Shown: positions 57,679-64,000 of the stretch, in pieces
Position numbering within the stretch: position 1 is the stretch's first letter
Layout of the letters: each line of letters opens with the position of its first letter
Source: Azolla caroliniana
Taxonomy: Eukaryota > Plantae > Polypodiophyta
Direction of reading: 5' to 3'
DNA length: 64,000 bases
Assembly: GCA_043228905.1 (NCBI GenBank)
Contig: JBHGNT010000004.1
Coordinates: forward strand, 3,038,001 to 3,102,000
Position numbers and translations under genes: made by a program
Notes under the pieces: generated by a model
What the model was told of the DNA's origin: nothing
Database searches by the model: none
What the model saw: only the letters and a program-made list of their open reading frames with translations

Positions 57679-59805
57679 ATGAGGGGGTCGGATCTCGCAG
57701 AGGCCATGGCTTCGGCCGTGGATCGGATTGTAAACGCGCGCGAGAGCACCGGTGCCCTCGACAGAGCTATTGAGGCGGTCGTGGTCACGATCGGCCGGTT
57801 CGATGGGAAGGATGCCACGAAGTATTTGGCGTCCTACGGTGCAGAGATGCTGATGCGGGACATTCCGGAGGAAAGGCGTCTTGCCGGATTTCCCCGAGTG
57901 GCGATGCCGAGCATCCATGCGGAGGTGCTCGAGGTGCGGACGGAGAGCCGTACCTGGGAGGAGTTCGAAGGTCGGCTCCTAGAGAAATACGGGCTGGACG
58001 ACGCGCTCCGGCTTTCGAAGCGAAGGTTCATGGAATGGGTGGAGTCCCCGGGGAAGGGAAGAAACGCGTCGGCGCTCCTCCGGGAGTTCGAGGAAAACTT
58101 TGCGCGCCTTTCGGCGCTCGACCGAACCATCCTGGACACGAGCCGGGTCTTGCTGTTTGTCAAGTCGGTCGACGAGCGGGATCGGGAGCAAGTGGGCCTC
58201 TTGCTGGAAACCGAAGACGGGCTCACTACCGACTGGGCGGCTGTCAGGAAGGTCTGTGGCCGTTTCGACAAACGGCGAGAATGGGCGGATAACGGGGCGA
58301 CCGGGTCGGGCTCGGTCGCAGCAAGGAAGCTCGAACCAGCGCCACAGGTGCGCAAGGAAGAGACCCGGGAGTGGTTGGAAACCGGTTCGGCTTCGACCGG
58401 CGTAGTCAGAGGCTCGACCGGAGGAGCGGCGCTGGAGGAATTGACGAAGGCGATAAAGGACCTCCAAATCGCGCAGGCCCGAAGGGAAGGAGGCGAACCG
58501 GCTCGTGACCGACGGCCGGCGGCAGGAAACAGGTGCATGTGGTGCGATGAAGTCGGCCACATTCGGAAGGACTGCGGCGACTTCGCGGAGGCGCTGAGGG
58601 ACAGGGTGGTGTACCTGTGGGAAGGACGGGTGCATGCCAGCGACACCCGAAGGGCCCTGAGCCGAAACGACGGAAAAGGTGGTATGAAAAGGTTGATGGA
58701 AGAGGCGGCGGCCCGACACGCGGAAACCGTCCACTACTCGGCGTCGGCCGGCATTCGAGTCGGGGGCGGCGAGGCCCGAAGGGAAAGCAAAGCCGGATTC
58801 TGGCCGACGATGCTGGAAGGCCTTGCCGGTGCAAGGCTTAGAGGGGAGGAATCGGACAGTGCGGAGAAACGGGTACGGGAGATGACCGGGTGGAGCGACC
58901 CGGTCGAGGAACGGACGGGCTTCGTGGAAGCCGCTTGCCAGAACTACGAGGCTCTGGTAGAAGAGAAGCGGGTGGGGAAACCCGGGACGACCGGGCCCTC
59001 ACAACGATACGAGACCCGGTCCGGGCCACGACGGGACGAAGCCGGCGGGGCCGGCACGCAAGATAAACCCCAGAAGGGCGGGTACCGTCTGGGGACGGAG
59101 ATAGAAAGGACCACGGACTTACGGAAGGTCCTGGAGGAACGGATCCTCGACAGCAAGGTGGAGCTGTCGTTACGAGAGGTGCTGGGAATCGCCAAGAAGG
59201 AGTTCCACGACTCCATCGTGGACTTGGTGAAACGGAAGAGGCTGTCGACGGAGACAGAACTGGAAAGACCGGTGGAAGTGCGGACGACGCACCTAGACGA
59301 CATGGCGCTGGGAGACGAGTGGGCGGAAAGCCACTATTCGAGACCACACTGGGCCCGAGCGACCACGGAGACCCCGGTGAAGATCGGCGATGTCCGGGAA
59401 CCGGTGATAGCTTTGGTGGACCACGGATCGGAGATCAATTTGATGTCCATGGACTTCTATAAGAAGGGCAAATGGCCGATCAACACCAAGCACAGGTGGA
59501 AAATAAGGGCAGCAACGCGCGCCACCGAGGAACTGCACGGGGCCTGTCCGAATGTGCGAGTCAAGATCGGCGACGTCGAGATTGACCAGCACTTCTTCGT
59601 GCAGGAGACGTCTTCGCATCCGGTCATTCTGGGAGAGCCGTACATCACGGCGGCGCGAATGGAGACCAAAGTGCTGGACAATGGTTCGGCCTACGCGAGG
59701 GTCAAAAGCCAAGACGGGCGCCACTCGGTCCAGTTTCTGACGGTACGGCCGAACCACGAACGTAACCGCGATTCCCTCGGTTCCGAAACCCGAGAGGATT
59801 TTTAG
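57679..59805 (+). CDS. Element B Gag-protease
   Basis: GRFDGKDATKYL, zinc knuckle CMWCDEVGHIRKDC, protease ALVDHGSEINLM...ILGEPY. Confidence 0.88.
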   Translation: MRGSDLAEAMASAVDRIVNARESTGALDRAIEAVVVTIGRFDGKDATKYLASYGAEMLMRDIPEERRLAGFPRVAMPSIHAEVLEVRTESRTWEEFEGRLLEKYGLDDALRLSKRRFMEWVESPGKGRNASALLREFEENFARLSALDRTILDTSRVLLFVKSVDERDREQVGLLLETEDGLTTDWAAVRKVCGRFDKRREWADNGATGSGSVAARKLEPAPQVRKEETREWLETGSASTGVVRGSTGGAALEELTKAIKDLQIAQARREGGEPARDRRPAAGNRCMWCDEVGHIRKDCGDFAEALRDRVVYLWEGRVHASDTRRALSRNDGKGGMKRLMEEAAARHAETVHYSASAGIRVGGGEARRESKAGFWPTMLEGLAGARLRGEESDSAEKRVREMTGWSDPVEERTGFVEAACQNYEALVEEKRVGKPGTTGPSQRYETRSGPRRDEAGGAGTQDKPQKGGYRLGTEIERTTDLRKVLEERILDSKVELSLREVLGIAKKEFHDSIVDLVKRKRLSTETELERPVEVRTTHLDDMALGDEWAESHYSRPHWARATTETPVKIGDVREPVIALVDHGSEINLMSMDFYKKGKWPINTKHRWKIRAATRATEELHGACPNVRVKIGDVEIDQHFFVQETSSHPVILGEPYITAARMETKVLDNGSAYARVKSQDGRHSVQFLTVRPNHERNRDSLGSETREDF

Positions 59806-62800
59806 AGAGGACTGCCAAGGCGTGGGGCCGCGACAGTCCGGATGCTCCGGAAAAACCCCACATCTGTACGATAAAACCGTGTACAATAGGTAGGAAAATT
59901 TGCTTCTCCGACAGCGGAGCATGTACGATGGTCGGCATCACCGGCCGAGAGAAAACAAAGACGGAGGGGAGACTTCGGGCGTGCGGAGTTCTCGGCCCTG
60001 ACGAAGGAATCAACGGAGCCGTGGAGGCGGTCTCCTTCGACGACACCTTGGGAATGCTGGGGAAGGTAGTCGAAGAAGACCTTAACGAAGACCGGACGAT
60101 ACCGGTATGTTCCGAAGAAATGTACGAAGTCATCGCGGACTTCGGTCGAGGGCTCGAGTCGGAACGGACGGCCCGAGTGAGCACCAAGTACAAGACGGTG
60201 GACCGGAAGGTGAGGCCAGTTGCGGCGCCCTTACCGGAGGACAGTGAATCCCGGATTAAAGGGGTTGCATCGGACCCCAGCTTACGAGATCGGGCCTGCA
60301 TAGGACACACCTTCACCAACGAGACGCTCCGCGAGCTGAAGATCGGTGGGGGCGGGTTCCTACTGCCGGCGGAGGAAGACCGGTTCCGGAGAATGCTCGG
60401 AAGGCACGGGAAAGCCTTCGCATTCTCGCCGGAGGAGATCGGGTGCGTGGACCCGACGATCGTAGAGCCGATGGTGATATTCACGGTACCTCATGTACCG
60501 TGGAATCTCAAGCCAATTTCGGTTCCAAGAGCTCACATCCCGAAGTTGATGGAGCTGTTGAAGCAGAAAGTTGATATGGGCATTCTCGAGCCGTCGAGCG
60601 CCTCGTATTCGAACCGCTGGTTTACCGTACCAAAGAAAAACGGATCATTGCGCTTCATTCAGGACCTGCAGCCGATCAATAGAGTGACCATTCGGAACGC
60701 GGGGATCGGACCGACCATAGACGAGTTCGCGGAGGCCTTCGCCGGAAGGTCGATTTACTCGGTCGGTGATCTATATTCAGGGTACGACCAGTTCCAGCTA
60801 GCCGTGGAGAGCAGAGACATTACGACGATGCGAACTCCCCTCGGCCTAGTGCGGATGTGTACGCTGCCGCAAGGAGGGACCAACTCGGTGGCCCACATGG
60901 TGAATGCAATGAACAAGGTGCTGAGGGACTGCATCCCGGACATCACCATGCCGTTTCTAGACGACATCCCGATCAAGGGATGCCCGGTAGAAGAGAAGGA
61001 CGAGACGATCGGGCCGGACGGATGCCGGCGATTCGTGGTAACGCACATCGACGACTGCGAGAAGGTGCTGCAAAGGCTAGAGGATGCGAGGCTAACCTTC
61101 TCGGGGGAGAAATCAGCCTTCGGGCAGTCGGAAATCATGGTGGTCGGACACTTATGTGGGCCGTATGGCCGGAAACCGTCTCCGGCAAAGGTAGAAGCCA
61201 TCTCCGCGATGAAGCCCGACTGCAGCTCGGTCACGGAAGTACGAAGGTTCCTGGGGGCATGCGCATTCTACCACATATGGATCCCGCATTACGCGCACGT
61301 CGCGGAGCCGCTGTACGGGTTATTGAAGAAAGGGCGAAGATTCGAATGGCTAGACAAGCACACGGAGTCAGTCCGGAAGCTGAAGGAGGCTCTTTCGGCA
61401 GCACCGGCGCTCCGAAAGGCCGTCTACAGGAAGGGCACCCCAGTGTACATAACGGTTGACACGAGTCCGACCGGAATCGGGTGGGTCGTCAACCAAGAAG
61501 ATGAGGACGGCAATCGGTTTCCGGTCCGATTCGGTGCGAAGGTCCTCAGCGAGCGGCAGCGAGGATACGCCCAGGTTAAACGCGAGCTCTGGGGTATCGT
61601 TTCGGCGGTGAAGGCCGACAAGGACTATCTGATCGGGACAGAGGTAATTATAGAGACGGATTGCATGCCGATTCTCGGCATGATTTCCGGATGCGCGACA
61701 CCGGACCTGGCAATGCTCAGGTGGATAGCGTACATCAAGTCCCTGGACCCGGAAATACGACACATTTCCGGGAAAGACAACGCCATGGCCGACATGCTTT
61801 CAAGGGCGAGATTCGATGACGAGGGCGGCATGGTTTCGGAGGACGAAGAGGTCGGCGTGGACTTCTTCGAGACTGCGTATGTAACAACAGACGGAACAAG
61901 CACTCCGGCGCTTAACGACTTCGACGCGAGCAAGTACGACGGGGAGTGGCTGCAGATCGGTGGGTTTCTGAAGACAATGACGCCCGATGCGTCATGGACG
62001 AAGGACGAGGCCGACCGGATCCGGAAGAGAGCGTACCGGTTCTTTCTCCGGGATGGCTGTCTATGGAAGCACCCGAAGAAGAAGAACGGTGTTCCGCTCC
62101 GGGTGGTGGCGATGAAGGAAGAACGGGAGGAGCTGCTGACGGCCTACCACGACAGCCCTTGGGCTGGACACCGTGGAACATGGGCTACGTTTGAGAAACT
62201 GAAGGGGAAGTATTGGTGGCCGGGGCAGTACCAGGACGTGCATCGGTTCGTGACAACTTGCGAGAGTTGCCAGATGCACTCCTTAGTCCGACATCGAGAC
62301 GAGCTTCACCCTACGTACCCTCCGGCCATCCATTTCAAATGGATGGTAGATCTGGTAACGATGCCAATGGGTGTAGGACAGATGCGGTACCTGGTCCTAG
62401 CGCGGGAGGATCTGACGAACCAGGTGGAAGGTTGGGCCCTTCCGAACAAAACGACCGCGGCCGTATGCCGGTTCCTAATCGAGGACGTGATATGCCGGTA
62501 CGGGTGCGTCGGGAAGATCGTGGCTGACCGAGGGGAGTTGGACGCCGAAGAAGCCGCGGAGCTGTTCGACCGGCTGGGAGTCAAGCTCGCGCTCACCACT
62601 GCGTACAATCCGGAGGCGAATGGAAAGGTGGAGCGCGGACACGGACCGATCGTCAAGGCGTTGGTTCGGGCATGCAGAGGCCGAATCGGTAACTGGCCGT
62701 GGCTGCTACCTTATGCTTTGTGGGCGGACCGGACCACGCACAGTTCGGTAACCGGGTACATGCCGACGGAGCTCATGTTCGGCCAGAAGCCGATCATGCC

Positions 62801-63284
62801 GATGGAACGGACGATCTCCTCGTGGGCGACGGTCGACTGGAGGGACGAGATGAGCCGGGAGGAGTTGTTGGCCGTGCGCATACGACAGCTCGAGCGGAGA
62901 CCGGAGGACGTGGAACTGGCTACGGAGAAGCTCCGGGTGGCGAGGAAAAAGAACAAAGCCAGGTTCGACCGAACGCACCGGCTCCGACCGAAGAAAATCG
63001 AAGAAGGTGACTGGGTGCTCGTCTACGACAGCAGCCTCGACAACCAGCACCGAGCTACACGGAAGTTCGCACGAAGGTGGTTCGGGCCCTACGTGGTACG
63101 GAGCGCCAATGACAACGGGACATATCACCTGGCGGAACTCGACGGCACGAGAGTGGCGATACCGATTGCAGGGAAGCGGATCAAAGCGTTCAAGAAGCGA
63201 CACGACGACGAGCCAGACCCGGCTCTCCTGGTCGGCAGTGACGAACGATCCGAAAACGAGGAAGAACCGACGGGCGAGGAATGA
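59796..63284 (+). CDS. Element B Pol (RT-RH-IN), in the -1 frame relative to Gag-PR
   Basis: DLYSGYDQF, LPQGGTNS, FLDD, VDTSPTG, HDSPWAGH..CESC, ADRGE, GPY. The frame is open from 59796, upstream of the first ATG at 59928. Confidence 0.93.
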   Translation, partial: GFLERTAKAWGRDSPDAPEKPHICTIKPCTIGRKICFSDSGACTMVGITGREKTKTEGRLRACGVLGPDEGINGAVEAVSFDDTLGMLGKVVEEDLNEDRTIPVCSEEMYEVIADFGRGLESERTARVSTKYKTVDRKVRPVAAPLPEDSESRIKGVASDPSLRDRACIGHTFTNETLRELKIGGGGFLLPAEEDRFRRMLGRHGKAFAFSPEEIGCVDPTIVEPMVIFTVPHVPWNLKPISVPRAHIPKLMELLKQKVDMGILEPSSASYSNRWFTVPKKNGSLRFIQDLQPINRVTIRNAGIGPTIDEFAEAFAGRSIYSVGDLYSGYDQFQLAVESRDITTMRTPLGLVRMCTLPQGGTNSVAHMVNAMNKVLRDCIPDITMPFLDDIPIKGCPVEEKDETIGPDGCRRFVVTHIDDCEKVLQRLEDARLTFSGEKSAFGQSEIMVVGHLCGPYGRKPSPAKVEAISAMKPDCSSVTEVRRFLGACAFYHIWIPHYAHVAEPLYGLLKKGRRFEWLDKHTESVRKLKEALSAAPALRKAVYRKGTPVYITVDTSPTGIGWVVNQEDEDGNRFPVRFGAKVLSERQRGYAQVKRELWGIVSAVKADKDYLIGTEVIIETDCMPILGMISGCATPDLAMLRWIAYIKSLDPEIRHISGKDNAMADMLSRARFDDEGGMVSEDEEVGVDFFETAYVTTDGTSTPALNDFDASKYDGEWLQIGGFLKTMTPDASWTKDEADRIRKRAYRFFLRDGCLWKHPKKKNGVPLRVVAMKEEREELLTAYHDSPWAGHRGTWATFEKLKGKYWWPGQYQDVHRFVTTCESCQMHSLVRHRDELHPTYPPAIHFKWMVDLVTMPMGVGQMRYLVLAREDLTNQVEGWALPNKTTAAVCRFLIEDVICRYGCVGKIVADRGELDAEEAAELFDRLGVKLALTTAYNPEANGKVERGHGPIVKALVRACRGRIGNWPWLLPYALWADRTTHSSVTGYMPTELMFGQKPIMPMERTISSWATVDWRDEMSREELLAVRIRQLERRPEDVELATEKLRVARKKNKARFDRTHRLRPKKIEEGDWVLVYDSSLDNQHRATRKFARRWFGPYVVRSANDNGTYHLAELDGTRVAIPIAGKRIKAFKKRHDDEPDPALLVGSDERSENEEEPTGEE

Positions 63285-64000
63285 AGACGGGCCGGTTTTC
63301 TCCGTCCCAACTCTCTTGGCGCATACCGGAGGATGCGCGGTTAGGTGGGGGCGGATGTCGTGAAGAAAACCGTCCATAGGCGGAATCGGCGCACCAAGGC
63401 GTGGGAACCGGTTCTTCACGCGCGCACGCTCCAAGTTGTACATAGAAGCGAATCGGGAGGATAATCGGCAGGAACGGGCCCTAACTCAAGTGGAGACAAA
63501 GACCGCGCGAACAGTCTTTTCGGTCGCGCGCGCGAACTGTACGAGTCGGCGGCGTAACTACGCGGATGCGTGGAAAACGGAGCGGATCCCTGTCCAAAAG
63601 GGACAGGGAATAAAGCTGACAGGACGGCCTGCTCGTCGGCCTATATAAGGAGCGGGAAAGAGCTGTTGCAGGGGGATCTCGCACGGAGAGGACGAAGTGC
63701 TGTCGGACCGTTTCTGGACGCTTCTCTCTCTCTGTTTCCTTCCTTCTTGAGCTCCATAGCTTTTCTGTGCAGGGTTCGGAGGAGGCTCGCGCTGTTTCGA
63801 GGAACGCACGAGTGCTTCCGGCAGCCCCTTTGAGCGTCGAAGTGAACAGGCATCGGCATCTGTTCGCCGGCCTGTTCGGTTGTAACCAACCTGTGCCCCG
63901 TCGAGGGTTGTAGTCGTGATTAGCCATTTTCTTAATATACATATGAAGTCATTCACATCTGTCTGTGTCGGTCTCTGTTCGCGTTCTCCGTGCTGAAGGG

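Larger units (their letters stand above)
56862..64000 (+). mobile_element. Intact young Ty3/gypsy element B, 3' LTR runs off window
   Basis: 5' LTR 56862-57634 (TGTCGTGA...TCACGACA). The 3' LTR starts at 63356 and looks identical as far as visible. PBS TGGTGAACCCGACGTGA at 57639-57655. PPT AGGTGGGGGCGGA at 63343-63355. Expected TSD is CACGT (56857-56861). Confidence 0.96.

Noticed and set aside
46345-63960. Many long antisense and alternate-frame ORFs inside elements A and B
   Set aside because: These are expected shadows of GC-rich coding sequence and show no recognisable motifs.

Overview
Eukaryotic plant nuclear DNA, probably a fern or other seed-free plant (inferred from the PLS/E-type PPR genes and a Tcn1-like chromovirus). 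The AT-rich first ~29 kb holds five genes: the 3' part of a cytosolic pyruvate kinase, two head-to-head PPR genes, a DCC-family thiol-disulfide oxidoreductase and a CorA-like transporter. The rest is a stack of retroelements: an L1 remnant, a full-length chromovirus, a rearranged non-autonomous LTR element, and a copia interrupted by two young GC-rich Ty3/gypsy elements. Main leads: (1) a young Ty3 element has no polypurine tract; a tRNA-Arg-like 3' end sits where the PPT should be, suggesting tRNA priming of both strands. (2) A spliced exon gives one PPR protein an N-terminal OSB-type PDF ssDNA-binding motif. (3) Antisense tRNA-like Pol III cassettes recur in the U3 regions of several LTRs. 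(4) One element has two inverted U5 ends and an intact TSD. All comparisons were made by eye and from recalled consensus sequences; no database searches were run.
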